From NCBI GenBank assembly GCA_905612515.1, contig CAJQSI010000046.1:9505-73504 (forward strand): a DNA stretch of 64,000 nt. The letters run 5' to 3'. Each line of letters starts with the position of its first letter. The stretch's first letter is position 1. The stretch comes from an uncultured Opitutales bacterium (lineage in GTDB: Bacteria > Verrucomicrobiota > Verrucomicrobiia > Opitutales > Seribacteraceae). Both the position numbers and the translations under genes were made by a program. Of this stretch, positions 8,679-17,247 are shown one piece after another. The notes below the pieces were generated by a model. The model had not been told where the DNA came from, ran no database searches, and saw only the letters and a program-made list of their open reading frames with translations.

Positions 8679-10901
8679 ATGTTTTCGAACAAAATGTACG
8701 CAATAACAATTGCAATCAGAATGGGCCTTGCTTTCGCTTGCCGTATTTACTCACGAACTTTTCTACTAATTGGTGTCTCCATCTACAGTCTATTCGTTGT
8801 CAAGTTCTCGATAGCTGACAAAAATGAAACTGGGGCTTTAGCGCCAATGGTAGTAACAGCCCGAGGAGGGTTCGCTGAACCCATGGCTAGCTCGCCATGG
8901 TCAACGGAAAGGATGGAGGTAAACGATATTCGACTTACGGCAAGATCGATGTCCGAGGCACTGTCGGGTTTGCCCTCCGTCATGGTGCAAAAAACGGCGT
9001 TGGGTCAGTCTTCTCCTTACTTGAGAGGCCTCACGGGTTACCATAACCTACTCTTGTTGGACGGCATTCGCCTCAATCATTCCGCCATGCGCTCCGGCCC
9101 AAACCAATACTGGGGCACGGTAGAAATTCTAGGGGCAGATCGCATAGAATTGGTACGCGGACCGAATGGAATAACATACGGCGCAGATGCAATAGGGGGA
9201 GTAGTCAACATCATATCTGAAAATCCACATTTCGCCGATGGAGGAATTTTCTCTCAAGGAGAGGCATTCGCTCGTTTCTCTTCAGCCGAATCTTCGTGGA
9301 CAGGACATCTCGAAGGAGAAGTTTCAACGAAAAATTGGTTTGCCGAACTATCCCATGCCGAACGAAGCTTTGGTGACCTAGAAGGTGGACGACAGGTCGG
9401 CAAACAAATAAATACAGGTTATGACGTGCTCGGAACCAATTTTCGTCTAGCGCGAAGACTCGGAGAGGACTCTAGCATAACTTTCGGCTTCCAGCGCGTA
9501 TTCATGGACGATGTGCCCCGCACGCACAAAACCGTCGATGGCTTGGATTGGGAAGGTCTCTCCAAAGGCAAGGAGATCTGGCGACGCCTCGATCAGGAAC
9601 GAAACTTGTATTACGGAAAGTTTTCTTGGGAAGATACAGGTGGATGGGCTGACCAGGGAATTGTCACCTTGAGTCTGCACCGACACGATCAAGAGAGGAA
9701 CCGCATGAAACAACCAACAAAGGGAGGGGATTTTCAGTTTTTCGGCCTTGATGACATTGGTTTTTCCACCCGCTTGAAAACTGACGACCCATGGGGTGGC
9801 AGGCTTGCCTATGGAGTGGAATGGCATAGGGAATCCCTGTCTTCCGGCGGCTATAAATTCAATGACGCACAAGTTAGAGGGGCTGACCTAGTTCAGGGTC
9901 CCCTAGCTGCAGATGCCAAGTACAACCGATATGCTTTGTACTTAAACGACACCTACGAGGCGGCTTCGGGATGGACCTTCGAACCAGGCATCCGCTTTTC
10001 CTCCGTCCGAGCGGAACTCGACCGTTACTATTTAATCGACCGTTACTATTTAAAAAACAGCGAAATTTCGACGATTCAAAATCCAGAAACAAAGAAATTC
10101 GATGAGTTGATTGGGTCACTAAGAATCAGCAAGGAAATCGCGGATGGAAACTTCCTTTTCGGAGGACTCTCTCAAGGATTTCGTCCGCCAAGTTTATACG
10201 ACCTGACCTCAACGGATGAAACCAGTGCCGTGGAAAACCCGAACACCTCACTTGATTCAGAAACCTTCCTCCAATTGGAAATCGGCTTAAGGAAAACCGA
10301 GGGAGATTGGAAATTCATGGTTTCCGCTTATCACACTTGGATCAACGATATGATCGTTCGCTCTCCAATCGAATCCGGCAAACCCGACGTCCTCAAGGCT
10401 AACGGGGATGGATTCATTCAGGGAATCGAGATCGAACTGGGCTACGATTGGACTTCCTCTTGGAGTTCTGAACTGAGTTTTTCTTGGATGGACGGCGAGG
10501 TAGAGCAGTTATTGGATGACAAGGCAACGGGAACGGTATCCATAGATGGGCGGAATTACATGCCCGTCGACCGTGCCACCACACGCCTGATGCCAATTCA
10601 AGCGGAGTTCCTCACCCGCTACGCTCCGCCTGCATCTCCTTGGTGGGGGGAATTGTCCATTCTTGCAGTCGACAAGGCGGACGATCTTTCCCTTAAGGAC
10701 GAAAGCGACGACTCCCGTATACCTACCAACGGCACCCCGGGTTACATTCTTTTCGGCCTGCGCGGGGGACGATCGATCGGCGAAAACTCCGCGATATCAT
10801 TGGCTGCCGAAAACCTCGGGGACGAAGACTACCGGGTGCATGGTTCCGGCCTAAACGGTCCCGGTCGTAATTTTATCGTATCCTTGTCGCACTCGTTTTA
10901 A
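8679..10901 (+). CDS. TonB-dependent receptor
   Basis: Plug motifs (VVTARGG, VMVQKT, YLRGL, LLLDGIRLN), a long beta-barrel, and a C-terminal aromatic residue (...SLSHSF). The start is uncertain; ATG 8721 is an alternative. Confidence 0.9.
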   Translation: MFSNKMYAITIAIRMGLAFACRIYSRTFLLIGVSIYSLFVVKFSIADKNETGALAPMVVTARGGFAEPMASSPWSTERMEVNDIRLTARSMSEALSGLPSVMVQKTALGQSSPYLRGLTGYHNLLLLDGIRLNHSAMRSGPNQYWGTVEILGADRIELVRGPNGITYGADAIGGVVNIISENPHFADGGIFSQGEAFARFSSAESSWTGHLEGEVSTKNWFAELSHAERSFGDLEGGRQVGKQINTGYDVLGTNFRLARRLGEDSSITFGFQRVFMDDVPRTHKTVDGLDWEGLSKGKEIWRRLDQERNLYYGKFSWEDTGGWADQGIVTLSLHRHDQERNRMKQPTKGGDFQFFGLDDIGFSTRLKTDDPWGGRLAYGVEWHRESLSSGGYKFNDAQVRGADLVQGPLAADAKYNRYALYLNDTYEAASGWTFEPGIRFSSVRAELDRYYLIDRYYLKNSEISTIQNPETKKFDELIGSLRISKEIADGNFLFGGLSQGFRPPSLYDLTSTDETSAVENPNTSLDSETFLQLEIGLRKTEGDWKFMVSAYHTWINDMIVRSPIESGKPDVLKANGDGFIQGIEIELGYDWTSSWSSELSFSWMDGEVEQLLDDKATGTVSIDGRNYMPVDRATTRLMPIQAEFLTRYAPPASPWWGELSILAVDKADDLSLKDESDDSRIPTNGTPGYILFGLRGGRSIGENSAISLAAENLGDEDYRVHGSGLNGPGRNFIVSLSHSF
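10019..10054 (+). repeat. in-frame 18-bp tandem duplication inside the TonB-dependent receptor gene
   Basis: cgaccgttactatttaat / cgaccgttactatttaaa (17/18 identical), encoding DRYYLI-DRYYLK. Confidence 0.9.
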
Positions 10902-10935
10902 GTAGAAAAGCGTCTACTCGTGACAAACTCCCTAA

Positions 10936-10943
10936 AAATTCAA
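10936..10943. repeat. target-site duplication AAATTCAA (left copy)
   Basis: The identical 8-mer directly flanks both IS ends (10936..10943 and 11656..11663). Confidence 0.75.
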
Positions 10944-10961
10944 GGGGCTGTCCTAGCTAAG
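10944..10961. repeat. IS terminal inverted repeat
   Basis: GGGGCTGTCCTAGCTAAG; its exact reverse complement lies at 11638..11655. Confidence 0.9.
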
Positions 10962-10962
10962 A

Positions 10963-11616
10963 CTAATGTTTTTCTTTCAAGTACCACTGTTTAAGCTGTT
11001 TGTAAAGGCTTTGATGGTTGCCTCCATTGAAGCGCCATTCACACTCCTTTAGAAACCAGTGAAAACTGACTTTGTTAATGCCGTTGAATTTCCTTAAATG
11101 ACGCTTCGTCTGATTCCAGAAATTTTCGATTCCATTGATGTGATTTCCTCGGTCTGCGAAGAGCTCGGAATGATTGATCCGCCTATGATGAAAGTCGCTC
11201 ACGTCGAGAGCATTGTAGGACTTGAACGAGTCGGTGTAAACAATGCTGTCGGGTGTTGCTTTTTCCTCGATGATCGGCAGCAGAGTCTCCGTCCTTGCGT
11301 TTGGGACAATGGCAGTGAAAACCTTCCCGCCCCGCTTAAGCAAGCCGAACACGGCCACTTTTCCGAATGCTCCTCTACCTCGCTTTCCTTTGCGAGTTCC
11401 TCCGAAGTAACTTTCATCCGCTTCGACTTCCCCACTCAACTCGTAACTGGGAAGCTTGCCTGCCATGAGACGACGAAGGCGCATGAAAAAACTGGTTGCG
11501 GTGTTGCGATGGACGCCAACGATTTCAGAGGTTGCCCCGGCAGTCGCTCCGGCAACAAACATCCTCAGCAGATCCATTTGCTTGCGCGGGCTGAGTCGAC
11601 TTCTTCTTGCATACAT
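10963..11616 (-). CDS. IS1595-family (ISXO2-like DDE) transposase
   Basis: 217 aa. EADESYFGG...KGKRGRGA...VFG, YTDSFKSY, and HRRINHS...NGIENFW...KR motifs characteristic of the DDE_Tnp_IS1595 domain. Confidence 0.9.
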   Translation of the reverse strand: MYARRSRLSPRKQMDLLRMFVAGATAGATSEIVGVHRNTATSFFMRLRRLMAGKLPSYELSGEVEADESYFGGTRKGKRGRGAFGKVAVFGLLKRGGKVFTAIVPNARTETLLPIIEEKATPDSIVYTDSFKSYNALDVSDFHHRRINHSELFADRGNHINGIENFWNQTKRHLRKFNGINKVSFHWFLKECEWRFNGGNHQSLYKQLKQWYLKEKH

Positions 11617-11637
11617 TTTATCATCCTATTTCTACTC

Positions 11638-11655
11638 CTTAGCTAGGACAGCCCC
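11638..11655. repeat. IS terminal inverted repeat
   Basis: CTTAGCTAGGACAGCCCC, the reverse complement of 10944..10961. Confidence 0.9.
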
Positions 11656-11663
11656 AAATTCAA
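11656..11663. repeat. target-site duplication AAATTCAA (right copy)
   Basis: Identical to 10936..10943 and immediately outside the right inverted repeat. Confidence 0.75.
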
Positions 11664-11745
11664 TTTGGGCGTGAATGCGGAAACATTGTTGAAACTTTGC
11701 GCGAGAAACATAGTTTATAATGATAAATTGATATCCTTCTGCAAA

Positions 11746-13980
11746 ATGAAAATAATTAATGCCCGCATGGGCTCGATTCTTGCTGCCTTGCTATCATGCG
11801 TGGCAAATGCATTTGGCAACGTATACGTTCCGCTCGACGCAAAAGCTCCCGAAGTGAACGAGGTTCGAACGCTAAAAGAAGTCCTTGAGGATGCCAAGGC
11901 GATCGACGCCATATTGGCCAAAGGCTACGCAACGAATAAAGTCAATCCCTTGCCATTGGCGGATGATGCGACTTTCGTCCGCAGGGCACACCTTCAAGTA
12001 GGGGGTCGCATACCCACTTATCAAGAGACCATGGGTTTTCTTGAAAGCAACGATCCGCAAAAGCACTACACCTTGATCGACCGGATTCTCAATTCCGAAG
12101 CCTATGACAGCCATACCTTCAATTGGTGGGCGGATTTGCTACGCATTCAATCTCCTGCTAGAAATGGTGGAGCCAACAACGTGGGCGGCGGAGTAAGTTA
12201 TGCCATTTGGATGATGAATGCCATCAGGCAAAACATGCCTTTCGACGAAGTGGCCCGAAAGCTCATTACGGCTCAGGGTTATCCGTGGAACAATGGTGCC
12301 GTGGGTTACTACATGCGAGACGCGGGAATGCCATTGGACAACATGTCCAACACCACACAAGTCTTCCTCGGCACTCAAATGGTTTGTGCTCAGTGCCACA
12401 ACCACCCTTTCGATAAGTGGACCCAAATGGAGTACTACCAAATGGCAGCCTACACATACGGTGTTCAGGCGCGAATGGGTGGGGAGAAACAAAAGGAGAT
12501 GCAGAACGCTTTTTTCAGCCAATTCAAGGGAAGCGATGCTGAAAAAAGAAAACAGGCGTACAAGTCAAAGGAAGGTCAACTCTTACGCCGAGCGGCCAGC
12601 GAAATCATGCGCCCACTCCGATACGGCGCCTCCCACAATCCGCGAAAGTTGCAACTCCCCCACGATTACCAGTATGAAGACGCCAAGCCAAAAGCTTCAA
12701 TTTCTGCAGCTCCGATTTTCGGAAAAAATGATAAACTAGATCAGGAAACGGATCCGGTGGAAGGCTATGCTCAGTGGATGACCTCGTCCGAAAATCCACG
12801 CTTCTCAAAAGTCATTGCAAACCGCCTTTGGAAACGCGTCTTTGGGATCGGGGTAATCGAACCGGTGGATGATATTAGAGACGACACGATCCCCTCCAAT
12901 CCCGAACTAATGGCGCACTTGGAAAAGGTGATGATCGGACTTAACTACGACATCAAGCAGTTCCTTCGAATCCTCTACAACGTAAAAGCCTTTCGCCGCG
13001 AGACTTCCACGGAAGAAATCGTATCCGGCGAACCCTATCACTTCCCGGGTCCCATCCTCCAACGGATGAGTGCAGAGCAACTGTGGGACTCTTTTGTCAC
13101 CTTGTCGATTCCCTATGTTGATGAAAGGAAGCCTGACTTAAGTCGTCATCAATCACGGGAAGAGCAACTCTCCGCCTATGAGGAAAAAGTTTACGATTTA
13201 AAAGGAAAAGAAATGCTTTCCGTCGCCAAAAAAGGTGCGCGCATGAGCAAAAGCTCAAACGATGAAATGCTAGGCATTCAAAAAAAATTGCGAGCGGCCC
13301 AGGAGAATAACGAACTTGAAACCGTGTCTCGCTTGCGCCGTGAGTACGGGCAGCTTCGCAATAAGCAAAGAGCATCCTATGCCTCTCTCATAATGGGAAA
13401 AGGTTTCGATGGCAGAGCCCTTTACGGCAGAGCGCCAAGCAGTAAAAGTTCAAGCGACTCGTCGCAGGATCGATGGAAAGGCTTTTCGAGACAGTTAGTC
13501 AGAGCTTCCTACATGCCATCACCCGCACCCAACGGTCATTTCCTAAGAGAATTTGGTCAGTCGGACAGAGAAGTCATAGAAAACGCCAGTCGCGAAGCTT
13601 CTGTGCCGCAAGCTCTCAGTTTGCTGAATGGCTCCATTTATCAAGCCATCTTGAAACAACCTGCCGCACCATTCGCCGAAGATCTTTCTCGAGTTGATGC
13701 GATCAAGGATAAAGTAGACATTTTATTCCTTTCCATTCTTAACCGAAAACCAACCAAAGAGGAGCTGGAAACGTGTCTCGACGAAATTGGTGGGGCAAAA
13801 GACGAAACCCCTGATTACTCTTCGCGAATTCCCGCCAATATTTCCCCGGAGAGAAAGAGAAAGCTATTAAAGTATTATGCCCAAAGAGCTAAAAGTAAGA
13901 GCTCATATGGCATGAATTCAGGAATTCGAGGACTCGCTTGGACCTTGCTCAACACCAGGCAGTTTTCATTCATTCAATAA
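11746..13980 (+). CDS. DUF1549/DUF1553 domain-containing protein (PSD1-type)
   Basis: Start moved to ATG 11746 (MKIINARMGSILAALLSCVANAFG signal peptide). Hallmark VCAQCHNHPFDKW motif. Followed by a DUF1501 gene, as is usual in PVC genomes. Confidence 0.85.
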   Translation: MKIINARMGSILAALLSCVANAFGNVYVPLDAKAPEVNEVRTLKEVLEDAKAIDAILAKGYATNKVNPLPLADDATFVRRAHLQVGGRIPTYQETMGFLESNDPQKHYTLIDRILNSEAYDSHTFNWWADLLRIQSPARNGGANNVGGGVSYAIWMMNAIRQNMPFDEVARKLITAQGYPWNNGAVGYYMRDAGMPLDNMSNTTQVFLGTQMVCAQCHNHPFDKWTQMEYYQMAAYTYGVQARMGGEKQKEMQNAFFSQFKGSDAEKRKQAYKSKEGQLLRRAASEIMRPLRYGASHNPRKLQLPHDYQYEDAKPKASISAAPIFGKNDKLDQETDPVEGYAQWMTSSENPRFSKVIANRLWKRVFGIGVIEPVDDIRDDTIPSNPELMAHLEKVMIGLNYDIKQFLRILYNVKAFRRETSTEEIVSGEPYHFPGPILQRMSAEQLWDSFVTLSIPYVDERKPDLSRHQSREEQLSAYEEKVYDLKGKEMLSVAKKGARMSKSSNDEMLGIQKKLRAAQENNELETVSRLRREYGQLRNKQRASYASLIMGKGFDGRALYGRAPSSKSSSDSSQDRWKGFSRQLVRASYMPSPAPNGHFLREFGQSDREVIENASREASVPQALSLLNGSIYQAILKQPAAPFAEDLSRVDAIKDKVDILFLSILNRKPTKEELETCLDEIGGAKDETPDYSSRIPANISPERKRKLLKYYAQRAKSKSSYGMNSGIRGLAWTLLNTRQFSFIQ

Positions 13981-14017
13981 AACCGATACTGCCAAGAACT
14001 CCATTCCAGAAAACATT

Positions 14018-15319
14018 ATGAAAAACATCATAAACCAAGCAGACGAATTCTCTAGGCGCCGCTTCGTCACACAAGCCGCAAAAGCTTTTCTCGGTGTCAG
14101 CATTCTGCCTTGGGCAATGCCGAAGCAAGCCACAGCTGCAGGCTTAGGGCTCAATCGCCCCCTCAACCACGCTCCAAAGGCCCGCAACGTCATCTACCTA
14201 TACATGGCCGGCGGCATGACCCACATCGATACGTTCGACCCAAAACCCGGCACGGAAACAGGGGGGCCTACAACCGCCATCAAGACCAATGCAGACGGAG
14301 TACAACTTGCCGAAAACCTTCCACTACTCGCTAATCACGCGGACAAGATCGCGGTAGTGCGCGGCATGACATCGACGAAGGGAGCGCATCAACAAGGCAA
14401 TTATTTCATGCATACCAGTTATGCCCCCAGATCGACAATTCGTCACCCAAGCATGGGAGCTTGGATGACTCGGCTTGACGAACGTTCCAATCCCACCTTG
14501 CCCGGAGCCGTTGTCGTAAGCGGGGGCAGCCAGCATCCGCTCGCAGGATTTCTCCCATCCTCCCACCAACCTTTAGCCATTGGCAAACCCGACGAAGGAC
14601 TCCGCAACAGCAGAATGCATCCCGGCGTCACCGAGGAAGAATTCAAGAAACGCCTGTCTCTCGCCGATCAGTTCGACAAGGGCTTCCGAGAAAAATACAA
14701 TTTGAAGAAGGTGAGAGCTTATTCGGACATGTACGCAGATGCGGTGCGCCTCATGAAAAGCGGAGACCTTGAGGCTTTCGATATAGATAAGGAGTCTGAG
14801 GAAACGCGAGAGGCTTATGGCGAAGAAACATTCGGTCAAGGCGTGTTGCTGGCCCGTCGATTGGTAGAACGACATGTTCGTTTCGTGGAGGTACAACTCG
14901 GAGGTTGGGACACCCACCAACTCAACTTCGATAGAGCGCCCGAACGTTGCGCCATCCTCGATCAAGCGCTTGCCGCGCTACTGGATGATCTCGATAAGCG
15001 AGGCATGCTGGACGAAACCCTCGTAGTGCTGGCAACTGAGTTTGGTCGTACGCCAAACATTAACGTAAACTTGGGTCGCGATCATTATCCAAAAGCATTC
15101 TCATCCATGCTTGCAGGTGGCGGAATCCGGGGCGGACAAGTCTGGGGTAAAACCGACCCCGAAGGTCGCGAAGTCGTAGACCAACGTGTCGAGATTCCCG
15201 ATTTCAATGCCACCATAGCCTATGCTCTGGGACTTCCACTTGACGAAATCGTCTACTCACCCACACGCCGACCCTTTACACTCGCCGACAAAGGCCAACC
15301 CCTTACCAAATTGCTGTAA
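14018..15319 (+). CDS. DUF1501 domain-containing protein (sulfatase/alkaline-phosphatase-like), Tat-type signal
   Basis: The SRRRFVTQAAKAFLG twin-arginine segment, GGMTHIDTFDPKP, EFGRTP and DHY motifs are typical of DUF1501. Confidence 0.85.
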   Translation: MKNIINQADEFSRRRFVTQAAKAFLGVSILPWAMPKQATAAGLGLNRPLNHAPKARNVIYLYMAGGMTHIDTFDPKPGTETGGPTTAIKTNADGVQLAENLPLLANHADKIAVVRGMTSTKGAHQQGNYFMHTSYAPRSTIRHPSMGAWMTRLDERSNPTLPGAVVVSGGSQHPLAGFLPSSHQPLAIGKPDEGLRNSRMHPGVTEEEFKKRLSLADQFDKGFREKYNLKKVRAYSDMYADAVRLMKSGDLEAFDIDKESEETREAYGEETFGQGVLLARRLVERHVRFVEVQLGGWDTHQLNFDRAPERCAILDQALAALLDDLDKRGMLDETLVVLATEFGRTPNINVNLGRDHYPKAFSSMLAGGGIRGGQVWGKTDPEGREVVDQRVEIPDFNATIAYALGLPLDEIVYSPTRRPFTLADKGQPLTKLL

Positions 15320-15393
15320 GGGAGCGTACGTTTTCATTCCCGCCCTCTTTCCTTGAACAGGGAAGACATTGTAGATTTGTCCCCTCAACACCC

Positions 15394-16374
15394 ATGAAAA
15401 TTCTCCTCACCGGAGCGACAGGTAAAGTGGGAACGCATTTTCTTCGCCGTTTTCTGGAAGATGAAAAATTCTCCGAAGCCACGGTAAAGGCACTTTGTCA
15501 CAATCGACTGCTGGAAGAGACATCACGGCTGGAAATAATCCGCGGGAGCATTGCCGATCGCAATCTGGTCGCCGAAGCGATCAATGGAGTCACCCATGTC
15601 TTGCATCTCGCCACCTGCAAAGAGACTCCCGAAGAAGTAATGGACGTCACGGTTAAGGGATTGTTCTGGCTTCTGGAAGAATGCCGGATGAGCCCATCCT
15701 TCGAACAATTTATTTTGATCGGAGGTGATGCAGGTATGGGACACTTTTTCTATCCCCATCCCAATCCCGTTACCGAAACGCAAAAGCATTCAGCCTACCC
15801 CGGATGCTACGCTCTGTCCAAAGTACTGGAGGAAGTCATGCTCGAACAGTACTACACCCAGTACGATTTCAATGGTTGCTGCCTTCGCGCCCCATGGATC
15901 ATGGAAAAAGACGACTTCAAGCACACGCTTTCCTTTGGAAGCGATGTCTTCGGAGGCCCTGTTTGGCGCGATCTCGTTTCTCCTGAGGAAGCCACGAGAT
16001 ATGAGTCCGCCCAAACCATACCGGTTATGCTCGACCCCACAGGAGAAACCGTTCAGCGCAACTTCGTTCACGTCGAGGATCTCGCATCCGCGATTATGCT
16101 TGCGATCGATAATCCAAAGGCTCGCCAGCAGCTTTTTAATATCTGCATGAATGAGCCCGTGCACTATCGCAAGGTGGCCGACTACCTGAAGGAAAGCCGA
16201 GGACTGCCCTCCGTGGACGTGCCAACGCCCCACCACAGCACTTGGCTGGACAACTCGAAAGCCAAGTTCCTTCTCGACTGGAGGCCAAAAATTGATTTGA
16301 AACTACTCATAGACAAAGCTTGGAACTATCAACGTTCTCCCGAAGATGCCCGTAAGATCTGGTATCCAGGTTGA
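15394..16374 (+). CDS. NAD-dependent epimerase/dehydratase family protein (extended SDR)
   Basis: MKILLTGATGKVG Rossmann motif and YALSK catalytic YxxxK. Confidence 0.8.
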   Translation: MKILLTGATGKVGTHFLRRFLEDEKFSEATVKALCHNRLLEETSRLEIIRGSIADRNLVAEAINGVTHVLHLATCKETPEEVMDVTVKGLFWLLEECRMSPSFEQFILIGGDAGMGHFFYPHPNPVTETQKHSAYPGCYALSKVLEEVMLEQYYTQYDFNGCCLRAPWIMEKDDFKHTLSFGSDVFGGPVWRDLVSPEEATRYESAQTIPVMLDPTGETVQRNFVHVEDLASAIMLAIDNPKARQQLFNICMNEPVHYRKVADYLKESRGLPSVDVPTPHHSTWLDNSKAKFLLDWRPKIDLKLLIDKAWNYQRSPEDARKIWYPG

Positions 16375-16417
16375 GCCGCCCTTCTTGCTCCGTCGCTCAC
16401 CATCAACCCAAACTACA

Positions 16418-17080
16418 ATGAAGAAACTACTCGCGATAGCCGCGTTTATCCTTCCCATCACAATGACCGACGCCAAAACCAAGGCCGATATAGATCCCGA
16501 AAACACCTTGCTCATCGATTTGGATGACGGACAAGTCGTCATCGAGATGTACCCCGACACCGCGCCCAAACATGTGGCCCGGATAAAAGAACTCGCAAAG
16601 GCGGGAAAGTACGACGGCGTCGCCTTCCATAGGGTGATAGACGGTTTTATGGCCCAGACGGGTGACGTACAGTTCGGCAACATAAAAAAATTCAACGAAG
16701 GACGCGTAGGTACAGGGGGTTCCGACAAACCCGACATCCCCGCAGAATTCAACAAGCGCAAACATGGCAAAGGCGCCTGCTCGATGGCTAGATCCAGTAA
16801 TCCGGACAGCGCAAATAGCCAATTTTTCATCTGTTTGGACAATGCCAACTTTCTGGATGGACAATATACGGTTTGGGGGCAGGTCGTTGAAGGCATGAAA
16901 TTTGTCGATAAGATTAAGCGAGGCGCCCCAGGCAGCGGTTCAGTAAGCAATCCAGACCATATGAAAAAAGTTAGTCTGGCGACTGCTTCAAAACCTTCCA
17001 AAGACTCTTCTTCGGGCGAGAAAAAATCCTCGAAAAAGACTAAGGGGAAAACGAAGAGAAAGAAAAGGTCGGCAAAGTAA
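16418..17080 (+). CDS. cyclophilin-type peptidyl-prolyl cis-trans isomerase, secreted, with Lys-rich C-terminal tail
   Basis: Start moved to ATG 16418 (MKKLLAIAAFILP signal). FHRVIDGFMAQTGD, SANSQFFI and LDGQYTVWGQVVEGM motifs. Tail SSGEKKSSKKTKGKTKRKKRSAK. Confidence 0.9.
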   Translation: MKKLLAIAAFILPITMTDAKTKADIDPENTLLIDLDDGQVVIEMYPDTAPKHVARIKELAKAGKYDGVAFHRVIDGFMAQTGDVQFGNIKKFNEGRVGTGGSDKPDIPAEFNKRKHGKGACSMARSSNPDSANSQFFICLDNANFLDGQYTVWGQVVEGMKFVDKIKRGAPGSGSVSNPDHMKKVSLATASKPSKDSSSGEKKSSKKTKGKTKRKKRSAK

Positions 17081-17247
17081 ATCGCTTTTACTGAATTCAT
17101 TACTGATCGGGATTCAATACTCCAAATGTAATCTCACATCATCGAATTTGAATGAGTCGAAGGCCCAGTTAAGAAAAAAGTCGTCCTTGGGAAGATCTGC
17201 TTGACCTCCTAAATCCCGAACGAAACACTTTAGGAGACTTCCAATTC

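Larger units (their letters stand above)
10944..11655 (-). mobile_element. intact IS1595-family insertion sequence (size and TSD fit the small IS1016-like group)
   Basis: 712 bp. Perfect 18-bp terminal inverted repeats GGGGCTGTCCTAGCTAAG (10944..10961 and reverse complement at 11638..11655), 8-bp direct repeats outside them, and a single ISXO2-like DDE transposase ORF inside. Confidence 0.85.

Noticed and set aside
11665-11745. TTG-initiated extension of the DUF1549 gene starting 2 nt after the IS target duplication
   Set aside because: ATG 11746 is followed immediately by a typical signal peptide, and the extension adds 27 non-signal residues.
16303-17100. 265-aa ORF on the minus strand spanning the whole cyclophilin gene
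   Set aside because: It is exactly antisense to a gene with unmistakable PPIase motifs. Its translation is low-complexity (Ser/Leu/Phe-rich) with no recognisable domain. It is a shadow ORF.
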